From Anthoceros angustus (taxonomy: Eukaryota > Plantae > Anthocerotophyta), in the NCBI GenBank assembly GCA_010909165.1, contig MU008176.1:736856-800855 (forward strand): a DNA stretch of 64,000 nt. Reading direction: 5' to 3'. The notes under the pieces were generated by a model that had not been told where the DNA came from, made no database searches, and was given only the letters and a program-made list of their open reading frames with translations. Positions 45,880-57,154 of this stretch are shown here, in pieces. The position numbers were made by a program, and so were the translations under genes. The stretch's first letter is position 1. Each line of letters starts with the position of its first letter.

Positions 45880-48420
45880 AAAAGAGTGTTTAGATAACTT
45901 CTCCACAAATATTGCTCAAGTCAAACACGGACCACCCAGTAGGTGGCCCCTTAGCAAACACGGGGAGTGCCCTTTAGAGATAATCAAAAAACAAAACCGG
46001 ATCCAAAGAGAGCTGCAGCCTCCAGACCCACAGCCTCCGAAGCCCTCGCATGTGCTTCCTAAGCGGCAGCTGTCCAATTGAAATTGAGGTGACTTCTCCT
46101 CTCTTGAACACTTAAGCCGAGAAATTGAATGGAAGCCGCCCAGCTACGGTCACAATCAGCAGAAGCCAAAGCTAAAGCCAAAGCCAAAGCCAAAGCACAC
46201 ACACACACTGCGGCTGCTGTCATAGCAGTCATCGGAGTATGCCATAGCCCACCGGAGTATGAACACTGGAGTATGCATACTTGCATGCTTGCAATAACGT
46301 GATTTGGCAGCCAAGTCCATTCTGCACCAAATATGTGCACTCAAAAGTTGGAGCCCAGAAAGGGAGATTAAGTTGTGCCCCAGGTCCACTCCCACCTCAA
46401 GGTACCGGTCAGAATCACACTGCTTGGAACAAAACGAGCATTTGGTCTCTTGAGGATTAAGGCTAGGAAGTTGTCAAGGCTGCCATCTCCTCATTTGAAA
46501 CACATTGATTGCGATCACATCCAAGATGCCTTGGACAAAAGCAGGATAAGCAAGACCATGAATTACCAAGAAGCGAACCGCAAGTCGCTTGAACACTCGG
46601 AGATGAAGCGGTAGACGATGCACTGCTTAAAAGAAAAGGGTCAAATTGCAAAGAGAAATAGAATTGGGAAAAGCAGGCCTTGAAAGAAGCAGTCCAAGTG
46701 TCAGGGGCCCTGCTCCGCATGCATGGCCGGCGGAGGCTCGGTCAAGCCGCTTATGGCTTTTAGCTTACTTGGTGGGTTTCCACCGGCGAGCACATAAGTG
46801 TAAAACATAAGCGGGCGGCTTGTACACAGCTGGAAAAATGGCTACGGTTTGCTCAGAATAGTTGTACCTTCCTCACCAAGATAGCAGCAGCCACCGACTC
46901 CCGATCTGAAGAAACGAGGGCTCGCCCTTCTTCCACACCTTGCTGTTCTGCAGAATGTGATCTTCTCCAGGATGCCGGTGAGCGAGGCGGCCAGGCCGAG
47001 CATGCTAATCACCATAGGACTTGCATACGAGAAAAGCTCTCGAGGAATGTCTTCAGGGTCGGGGGCTCTACCAGATCTAAGGTTATTGATGGCGGTAAGG
47101 ATAAGGTCATGAGTGAAAAGCTTGACCCCGGGATCCATGGTCCTAACTGGGAGGAGTATAGATTCCCGAAAAGAAAAGAGTGTTAGATAACCTCACAAAT
47201 ATTGCTCGTCAAACACGGACCACCCAGGAGGTGGCCCCTTAGCAAACACTGGAGTGCCTTTAGAGATAATCAAAAAACAAAACCGGATCCAAAGAGAGCT
47301 GCACTCCGGACCCATTACCTCCGGCCCTCGTGATGTGCTTCCTAAGCGGCACCGTCTAATTGAAATTGAGGTGACTTCTCTCTTGAACACTTAGAAATTG
47401 AATGGAAGCCGCCCACCTACTGGTCACAATCGCCAGGTTGAAGCCAAAGCCAAAGCCAAAGCCAAAGCACACACACACCTGCTGGGGCTGCATCATAGCG
47501 AACATCGGAGTATGCCATAGCCCACCGGAGTATGAACACTGAGTATGCATACTTGCATGCTTTGCAATAACGTGATTTGGCCAAGTCCATTCTCGCACCA
47601 AATATGCACTCAAAAGTTGGAGCCGAAAGGGAGATTGTGCCCAGGTCCACTCCCACCTCAAGGTACCGTCAATCACACCGCTTGGAACAAAACGAGCATT
47701 TGGTCTCTTGAGGATTAAGGCTAGGAAGTTGTCAAGGTCGCCATCTCCCTCATTGAAACACATTGATTGCGATCACATCCAAGATGCCTTGGACAAAAGC
47801 AGGATAAGCAACTGAATTACCAAGAAGCGAACCGCAAGCTTGAAACATCGGAGATGAAGGTAGAGGTAGCCGCTGCTTGCGAAAGGGTCAAATTGCAAAG
47901 AGAAATAGAATTGGGAAAAGCGGAAGCGCGAAGAAGCAGTCCAAGTGTGCCCCGCCCGCATGCATGGCCGGCGGAGGCTCGGTCAAGCCGCTTATGGCTT
48001 TGGCTTACTCGTGGGGTTTCACCAAGAAGGAGAGCACATAAGTGTAAAACATAGGTTGTATGCCGATCGCAGACACACAAAGTAGCTGGAAAAATGGCTA
48101 CGGTTTGCTCAGAATAGTTGTACCTTCCTCACCAAGATAGCAGCACCCACCACTCCGATCCGAAGAAAGCGAGGGCTCGCCTTCTTCCACACCTTGCCGC
48201 TCGCAACGTGATCTTCTCAGATGCCGTGAGCGAGGCGGCCGCCGAGCATGCTAATCACCATAGGACTTGCATACGAGAAAAGCTCTCCAGGAATGTCTTT
48301 AGGGTCGGGGGCTCTACCAGATCTAAAGTTATTGATGGCGGTAAGGATAAGGTCATGAGTAAAAAGCTTGATCCCGGGATCCATGGTCCTAACAGGGAGG
48401 GGTATAGATTCCCGGAAGAA
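45880..48420. repeat. Direct duplication of a ~1.3-kb unit (unknown coiled-coil-like segment plus adjoining family A LINE sequence)
   Basis: 45880-47180 is repeated at 47180-48420. Both copies contain (aagcca)n-acacac and NYQEANRK...ERVKLQREIELGK, and both run into aatcaccataggacttgcatacgagaaaagctc. Copies differ mainly by small indels. Confidence 0.85.
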
Positions 48421-50915
48421 GAGAGTTTGGACATAGTCCATAAGCTCTGGAGACACCTGCAGTTGGATAGTTTGATGGGATTGAAACTCCCTCCGAAAAG
48501 CAGCACCGCCAGGGGATTCCTTGAGGAGCTTGACAAGACGATCACGTTGGGAGGAAAAGAAAGCAGACTTTTTGACAGCAATGAGGGCTTTGTACGGCTT
48601 GACAATTTCCTTGTACAACTGGGAATGATGAGACTTGGATGGAACCTTGAGAGCTCGAAGGTAGTTGTGAGTATGGAAGCGAAGGCGTTTGCACTCGTCA
48701 TCAAACCAGGGATGACGAGGAGCAGTGTTGGAAAGCTTGACGGGGTGACAAGGTTTAGGAGGGAAGATTTGATGTGCACAAGAAAGCACGGCGGAAGTGA
48801 AAGCAGAAGCTTGCTGGGCGAAGGGAAGAGACGGAGGAATAGCGGCCAAGGATCTTTTCAAAAGAGAGGAGTATTGGGAAGCTAGACGATGGTCGAGGGA
48901 AAAGCGGACTCTAGGAGACTTGTGGTATTGTAGAATGGCTTACAGCTTATGACACGAGATGTGCCAAGACAAGAAGGCATGGTCAGACTCTAAAGGCTTG
49001 AAGTTAGAAACATAAAACTGATGCCGAAGCACAGTCCTAGAACGTAATCAAGAACAGAGAAGTTGACCAAGGCGCAAAGTGGGTGATCCTCTCGCCTGTG
49101 CCATTGAGAGAGGCCGTTGTATATAAATAATCCATGCGACTCCACGAGGTTGAGAAGTGCCTGCCGAAAAGATTAACCCGGATGGGATCATCGACCTTCT
49201 CTCGCAAGCCTGTGTCCGCAACATCAAGCGAATAGTTGATGTCGATCATCTGGTGCGTAGATAGGAGATTGTTCCGAGGAGGTCCAAGCATTGAAGTCTC
49301 CAACCAAGAGGATATCTCCTTGGGGCATGAAAAACATGAGATCTTCAGAGAGGTCTTGAAACGTAAAGAGAGGTTGGCCTCTAGCATGCGGAGAACCCTG
49401 AGGTGGAAAGTAACAGCATGCTATGAACAAATGACGGTTAGATGGAAGGATGGTTGCAGAAACCTTGATCCATAAGACCCTCGCGAAGGAGTCCTCCCTA
49501 GCGACAGTGATGAAATCAGAGAGAGAAGATCGGAAAAAACAAGCGACGCCACCTGCAGCCTTGGGCGTCTTTGAAGAGACATAATTCCTGAAAAGAGAAA
49601 AAGAAAGGAAGTTGGGAAAGGTGGGGAGGTGTCTAGCCTGGTGTTCGTGAGTTTCCGTAAGGAAGATCAAGTCGTGTTCCGCTAAAAGCTGGAGCAATCC
49701 GCCTGGTTGTGCCCATAAAGATCCATTACAATTCCAGGAAGCCATCTTGATGATTCCCCCTGGGTGGGCATTGCAGGCGAGTGACCTTCATAAGGCCGAA
49801 GAGCCGTGCTGAACTCGGGAGGGCTCTTTGACAATCAGTCGATCTCCATGGAAGAAAGGCCTTCCCACGGCGAGCCTCGAAGCCGCATCAAAGCTTGCTT
49901 GGTCTTCACCTGTAGCTTGGTTAAATCATCTCCTATATAAATATCCTGGCCTCGGAGATTAGTACGGGCGCAAGACTTGGAGCCTATCCGAGAGAATGGA
50001 AACGGATAAGAAAGATCAAGGAGGTGGTCCTTACCCACCAGCCAAGCATTCTGGAAAGATATGCCTGGTAAATGGAGCTTCGTGGCTAAGAACTGGGATA
50101 TGACTTCCTGCGGTGTTCCCGAATTCGACAAGCCTGTCACTCGAAGATTGAGGGAGCGCCTGATCCGTTCTTGAGATTCAAGAATTGCCGCATCAACGGC
50201 TTCTGAAGGCAAGGATGGCGCGGCTTGAGGAGGAGGAACCAACAGCGGGGCACTGCCCAACTTCTCCACTTCTGACTGCACAAATTGTTTTGCTGCCGAA
50301 ATCTGGTCCGCGACTTTGAGTTTTGAAATGGACATACTGCCAGACATAGCCTGCACTTCTCCTTGGACGAATTTCTTGAGCTCCAAACATTTAACTTCCA
50401 TGGAAGCGGAAGCTTGCTGCATAATATCTTGTTTGAAGGCTGCCACGTCCTCGTTGAGCAGACAATGCGTAAAACTCCTCCGAACGTGTCCAATCCGGTG
50501 ATGTTGGAAGGCGTCTTTTAATTGAGGACCGCCGTCTTGGAAGGTAAGAAGGCAATTGCTTATTGAGGGAAGCAATTTGGTGTTGATCTTGGACAATATC
50601 CATACGTATGATGGAAATTCGCCCAATTCCTTGAGTGCAACAATCTCGAGTTGTTGGCCTCGAATCTTGTCTTCAAAATGTTGCTTGGAAATTCGGAACT
50701 CCGCTTTAAGTTCGTGCAACTCAGCTTGGGAAGCCTGGAAGTCTGATCGCAACTTCTTGATATCAACTTGGAAGGATTTGAAAAGCCTCTCGATTTTATT
50801 TTTGGCCTTTGTTCCCTTGGAGGATGTAGGAGCTGCGATTACAGAAAGTCATGGAGTCCAAGGCGGTTTCTCCTCCAATGTATGGTCCGAGTCCAAGCAT
50901 GATATCCAAGCCATA
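48250..50915 (-). mobile_element. Family A LINE, 5' part (ORF1, APE endonuclease, linker up to the RT start)
   Basis: ORF1 ~50910-49835 (coiled coil; ERIRRSLNLRVTGL). Endonuclease from 49745 (ASWNCNG, IFLTET, GGVACFF, CYFPP, LVGDFNAWT). Linker HPWFDDECKR...AINNFRSGRAPDP joins the RT start seen intact at 32440-32520. Confidence 0.88.
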
Positions 50916-51169
50916 GGAAAGTAGGTGTCACCAGGCCAAAGGCGGGCCAGCTATGTATGCTATGGCCACTTTGGAGTAAGAGCGAAAGGTGGTAAGAGAA
51001 TTAGAAGCCACTGGGCCCGAAGCCGCTCGGCCTCCCGGCCTTTCGAGTCCCAGAAGTCCCGGCCTCCCCCGCCCGCTCAACCTCCCGGACTCAGCCGGAG
51101 GCCGCACCGCCCATGGCGCCCGGCAAACCTCAATCCGCACCGCCCGGCCTGGCTAAGCTCACGCCGCCA

Positions 51170-51700
51170 CCACGGCCTTGGGCCTCACCGCCCGTTCGGC
51201 CTCGACAGACTAGCCGGCCGCGCCACCACGACCTTGGGCCTCACCGCCCGTTCGGCCTCGGCCGCGCCGCCCGACCGTCGGCGTCGGCCTCGGCCGCGCC
51301 GCCCGACCGTCGGCGTCGGGCGCCGACCGTCGGCGTCGGGCCTCGGCCGAGGCCGCGCCGCCCGACCGTCGGCGTCGGCCTCGGCCGCGCCGCCGACGGC
51401 CGAGGCCGCGCCGCCCGACCGTCGGCGTCGGCCTCGGCCGCGCCGCCCGACCGTCGGCGTCGGCCTCGGCCGCGCCGCCCGACCGTCGGCGTCGGCCTCG
51501 GCCCGCCACCGACGGCCGAGGCCGCGCCGCCCGACCGTCGGCGTCGGGCCTCGGCCGCGCCGCCCGACCGTCGGCGTCGGCCTCGGCCGCGCCGCCCGAC
51601 CGTCGGCGTCGGGCCTCGGCCCGCCACCGACGGCCGAGGCCGCGCCGCCCGACCGTCGGCGTCGGCCTCGGCCGAGGCCGCGCCGCCCGCCCGCTAGAAC
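51170..51700. repeat. Extremely GC/CpG-rich tandem array, 32-bp unit, about 13 units with interspersed inverted sub-units
   Basis: Unit ggcctcggccgcgccgcccgaccgtcggcgtc. Inverted pieces ccgacggccgaggccg occur at ~51393, ~51509 and ~51627. The array is preceded by a ~57-bp duplication at 51177/51234. Confidence 0.95.
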
Positions 51701-52167
51701 CCGCCGCTGGCGGGGACCGTTACCAAAAACCCGATATGAACATCAAGCCCCGAGCCCGTCATAGGGTTCTGTTGGAGCCGACGCAGCAATGTATGTCAGC
51801 CCTTATTATGGGGCAAAGGTAAAAGGTGGGGTGGGGAGTTTTAGTAGGTGAGAGAGTTTTTCCCAAGTCCCACATAACCTGCGATGGTATCCTGCGATGG
51901 TATCTAGGCACGTATTCATATGACCTTGGGAAGAGCATAGTCTCTTTCTGATGCAATGATATGATGTATAACATAGGGGAATAATAACCCTTGCTGAAGA
52001 TTTCTCTCCTGGGGTTGTTTTGATTTATTTTCAAAATTAAAAATTAAAAAAGGGTTTTATTGTGTGCGTGCTCAATTCATGTGTTCAAAGTTAAGCGAGA
52101 GGGGTTCTTCTTGAAGGAATGACACCCGCACACGGGTGCATTGAAACTCCACAGTCAAGCGTCCTTG

Positions 52168-52468
52168 TGAAGATGACGAATCAATATTGAGATGGGGTGT
52201 CATCCATTCCTAGTCATAAATCATGCCCTCGGTGTCGGGAGTGTGCAGGGCCTCCAGATTATAAAATGTAGCTGTTAGTATCTGCAAGGTTACTCCAAGC
52301 TAAAACTAAAACTCCTGGGAAGATGACGAATCAATATTGAGATGGGGTGTCATCCATTCCTAGTCATAAATCATGCTCTCGGTGTCGGGAGTGTGCAGGG
52401 CCTCCAGATTATAAAATGTAGCTGTTAGTATCTACAAGGTTACTCCAAGCTAAAACTAAAACTCCTGG
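52168..52468. repeat. 150-bp tandem duplication, two copies
   Basis: agatgacgaatcaatattgag starts at 52171 and 52321. The copies differ by two transitions (C/T and G/A). Confidence 0.95.
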
Positions 52469-52699
52469 TGTGGAACTTCGACATACTTTGAAATATCTAT
52501 ATAAAGTCTCTTAATTCTCTAAAAAAAAGTGAAGAAAGAGGAAAGGTATGTCTTGTATAGTGCTTCAATTATGATATTTTATTCATTTTTATTATATTTA
52601 TAAATAAATATTTTAGAGAAATAATATTAAATTTTGAATGGGCAGGATTGTTTCTAACAATAGTTGAAGATGGACCTCATCCATGTGGTTGCATATAGT

Positions 52700-53760
52700 G
52701 TAATTACACTTACTAGAATCATTTGACTTTGAACTTACCCAACCTTGTGTTGTATTGGATTGCATGTTGCGTCTTGTATTTTTAATGGCTTCTTGGACGA
52801 CATTGCTCAAGCCAATGCTAACCTGGAAGGAATTTCGGTGGCACTACATTTTATTACCTTGCCAAGAGGTTTCATGTATGGTATATGTTATGTGAAGCCA
52901 AGGGTTCATGACTTGTGGGCTACATAAAGACTTATAGCTTTCGAGGATGAAATAAGATTCACGTATTTTTTCTGTTCAAATGGACAACATTTAGCTACTT
53001 GTGCAACATGGTGCTAGCTTGCAACGTAAACGAGTACTAGGTTTTTTATCAATTTTGAATAGACTTTTGGAGGTGCATAAATAAGTTGCTATGACCCTTC
53101 GCAGGTTGGCTACAGGAGATTCTTAGAGCTCTATTGGAGAGTCCTTCGGAGTACGCATTGCGACAACGTGCGACTTTACCACGTTCATCCAAGCTATCGT
53201 CGGCCCTGACCAATGCTTGGATGTATGGATTGGGTGGCCCGATACAACTAAGTGGCTGGATAACTCTGCCATTTGGCAAGGGGAAGGCCATATGAGACTT
53301 TCAATGACGCAGCAGGCGGAAGTGGTGCAAACAAGTGGCTGTGCTCAGAACCATTACGAGCAAGGAGCCTTCTCTCGGAAATCCATTCGCCACTAAATTT
53401 TGTACACTAGCTGTCGTGAACATGTGGATACCAGGATTTTGAATAATAGTGAATTTTACAGGCTAGATTAATTTCGATTGTGTGGGCAATCAATAAGAGA
53501 GTACATAATGGGAGATGTAAAATATCCACCACTTTCTTGGTTGATTATCCCCTATCCACGTCATGGACTACTACCGGAGATGGATGCATTCAATTTCAAA
53601 CATTCTTCTACGGAATGGTAGTGGAAGGTGCTTTTGGTGCTCTGAAAAATGAATGGAGAATTTTAGGTCGTAAAATATGACGAGGCAATATTAAATATTA
53701 TATTCAATCTTCGTATGTTTGTACAATTTTACATAACATATGGATTAGCAATAATAATGA
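52700..53760 (+). mobile_element. Decayed PIF/Harbinger DDE nuclease (transposase) gene
   Basis: Remnant motifs YVKPRVHDLW (~52890), LDVWIGWP (~53215) and VVEGAFGALKNEWRIL (~53620), followed by an LHN-like motif. Many stop codons. Terminal inverted repeats not identified. Confidence 0.75.
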
Positions 53761-54049
53761 AATGGACCCACATCTAGTAACAGTAGATGACCAAGAATTG
53801 GGTCTTGTAATAGGCAACCTTGACAAGATTTACCTCCAAACAACCCCGATGGGAATAGGCTACGGGCCCTATTAATGTAGCATTTGTAGAACAATCATGC
53901 ATGATAAGACTTGTGTGGTTGTGTGATTGTGTGGTTGTGGGATTAGAATAAAACAACCTACATATTACTGTATGGATTGTACTAGTTCACTACTAGTAGT
54001 TAAGTTTGTCCTTTATAATACGGGCTGCTTCAATAATAGATAGAAGCAC

Positions 54050-55323
54050 CTAGAATTTTAATGCCAGCTGAAATATCACTCACAACACTTCTATTGCATG
54101 TGCGAGTTTCTTCTTTTTGCCAATTTTAGACCTAGATGCGAGTTTCTTCGCCTCGGTAGTGGCATAGAGTTGGAGTTATCGGTATTGTAACTCCATAATT
54201 CTTACATGCCTATTTTGTCGTTGAGTATCTGCTACTTTAGAAATCTCTACAATTGCAACATTATTTTTTTCCAAAACAGAAAAGAGCTCAGACATTGACT
54301 GTTCTCATATTTGGTTTTACGTTTCAACCTTGCACCTTGGGTGGTTTCATTAGGTGCCTCTTGTCTTCGAGGAATCCCTGCACTACCATCCATGCAATTA
54401 GTACCTGCACTGCCAACCTTGTTACCTACACTGCCATCCTTGGTACCCGCACTACCGTCCCTGTTACCTACAATGTCATCCATGTTACATGCTTCAGCAC
54501 CATACAACTCAACATAACTATCTGCAGCATCATCTGTAGCGCTAGCTTTTTGGGCATAGGTGTTGTCAAATTGGCTAAAAAGGGAGGAGTTCAAAGTCTC
54601 ATTCGCCGCCACTTACCTGTTGGCCATAAAAGAGGCCATGCATTCATATCACTATGGCGCAACAATTTGGGCAATTTTTGTTCAGACTTCTCGTTCAACT
54701 TTCTCCATATGCCAGTGAGAAGACTTGCCAAAATGAGAATTGGGCCTCTCCCAATCATTGTTTTTGTTGAAATCAGTGTTGTTAGAGCTTTCCACTTATC
54801 CCTACAAATATTGCTTCCCTGCTTTGTGGATGTTGTAGCCTACAAGCATAGAAAAAATTCTTTGCCACCTAACCTTAGCAATGGCATTTTTTTCTTACAA
54901 TCTTGTTTCACTTTGGCGGAGCAAGTCTTTTTTCTTTGCATTCACTATGATCAATATTATGCTTCATCCCACCACTTTCATTTCTTGTCCTGCAGACTAG
55001 AAGATTCTCCTAATTAAAGACCTCGAAACTTGCTTTATGCGCTTGGGAGTATGGTTAGTTGTAGGAGGCACACTAGGAGTCACAAGGATGTGGAAGATAT
55101 CTGGTAGGGGTGCCAAGAAATTAGGACGCATCATTGTTGGAGAAAGAGTTGGGTGTTGGGATTCTAGCACGTGAGACGCTTCATGGAGAGGTAGGGGAGC
55201 ACTCTCCCACCAATTTGTTGTCTCAGTAGAAGGTAAGGGCGTTATGAGTTGGGGAGAGGAGGCCGTCCTCCACTGAGACGTAGGGGCCAAAACATGTTCC
55301 GAGGATGTATTCCATGTCACCAC
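54050..55323 (-). mobile_element. Decayed Myb/SANT (trihelix-like) gene convergent with the nuclease; second gene of the Harbinger element
   Basis: Remnants IIVNAKKKDL...KVRWQRI...CRDKWKAL...SHWHMEKVERE...LPK, then a low-complexity tail (ORF 54247-54612). The two-gene nuclease plus Myb layout is established for PIF/Harbinger. Confidence 0.6.
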
Positions 55324-57154
55324 CTATCAAGCTCGAAAACCAACGCTCTACCAAGTTCTGTAGTATAGAGAGCACGAAGCCGGGAAGGAGGTAAAGAGAG
55401 GAAACGTGCATGACGAAACGGAACTAATGAGTAAAGGGGTCGTCCAGGTTCCATGGAATGCAGCCCGTCATTAAAATAAGGAAGACCTACAAAGTTATGG
55501 GACGAGGTCTGATGTGGTACTGGTCATTGAGATAAAAGGTAGTTTAGCAACTTTAGGTGTACCTAAAAATGGACCTGGTAAACTTTACTGGGTCCACTAT
55601 AGTTTAGGGTTGGGTGCAGCATTCATTTGCCCATTGTAGTTAGTGTGACGTGGCAAATTTTTAGGGGGGTTGCGTGCACACGCGAACACAACCTAAATTT
55701 CTCAAAAGTGGTTTCTCAAGATGCCCTGTCCAATTGTCATTCCCTATGAATATTACCACCATGCAGCGAGCAAGTTGCCTACTTTTGTAGACAAGTTTTG
55801 AAATTAAAAAAAAAGTTCAGATTATGTACAAAAAAATTTCAAATTAATATGTACAAAAAAGTTCAGATAATGTATATATGCAAGAAATCTGTGTAGATCT
55901 TACATATCTTTGAAGAAACGGGAAGGGACTGGGAAGGCCTCAAGGATCTTCAAATATGTGACATAGAAAGTAATCTTCTTCCTCATTCTGAGGATAAAAT
56001 ATTTCAAGCAGAATGTTCGTTAGGTGATGATGTAATTATGGTAAGCTTTTTCTAAGGTGTTAGGACTTTTTTTAACTTTAACAATAGACTCTGAGGTACC
56101 AAGGATATTTTTTCTAGGCTTCAACATCAAACACAAAGGATCACATGGTAAAATATCATAATCTTTTTTATCTTTAAGACAAAGAACTAATATTTTTAAT
56201 TGTCAATACTTCAATTTGAGGATGACACCCTACATTTTCCGACAACTTCAAGTTTAAAAAATATCCCAACAAGGTAGCTCCATCCCAATAGTTTACCAAC
56301 CCAAGGGGGCATAGCTGCAGAATTATGAACAATTCATAATTTTCAAGCTATTTTTAAAATTACATGGTTTCTTGTACACTAGACTTAAGATATGCTAGAC
56401 TTCTTAAAACGAGTTATTTACGTAAGATCATTATTATTTTGAATTCAATTTAATCGTTCCTCATATAAAGAGCTACTTAAGGTATCCGAGTATTTTTAAC
56501 TTTCAATACTTGAACCACCTGCATCTATATAATATATAGATTATATATAAATAATATAAATAATATTAGTATTGAATATAACAAACGGATGTCCGTTCAA
56601 GGAAACGCACTTTGAAAGAAAGTTGTGGTCGTAAGCTTGATCCAAAATGTAACTCAAGAGTTACTACCACGTACACGAAAGTTCCAATAATGATTTTGTA
56701 ACTCCACACACACGGAGAGAGGATGTCGACTGCTTGCAGGCTACGCGACTCACAGGTGGCAAAAATGCAGCGTAATACCGAAGCTGGAGGCTTAATCTGG
56801 GGAGGGGATGACGGGGAAGCGCGGCTCGGAGACCACGAATTTGACAACTTATGAGGGTGGCAAGCAAACAAGCAGAGTTCTTCCGAGACAAAGGCGTGTG
56901 CGGACGAAGCAGCCATCCTCCTCTGCAAACGCTGGGAGACTGACCGGCAAAGTGCTGCGAGGCCGAGCATGTAGGTTCTTGCAGAGGGTCTGCAATGGAG
57001 GCCGGAGGATGGGACCTTGCCAGGGCCATTGTTCCCGTGAGTAACTCTGCACGCGTGCAATCCTGTAGTGGGGTCAATTTTGAATGTATGTATGAATCCG
57101 ATACAATGCGATGCGATGAATGTATGAATCCGTTCTTCTTTTCACCATGGAGCA

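Noticed and set aside
50925-51725. Solo LTR (starts tgtcac, ends gttacca)
   Set aside because: The end is not a clean CA terminus of the usual form, the flanks (gtagg / aaaac) are not a target-site duplication, and there is no PBS, PPT or internal domain nearby.
50925-51764. Arg/Pro/Ala-rich ORFs on both strands
   Set aside because: Stop-free simply because the 32-bp repeat is almost all G and C.
51760-55700. Harbinger terminal inverted repeats
   Set aside because: Candidate G-rich ends near 51764, 52120 and 55600-55690 did not give a convincing inverted pair by eye.
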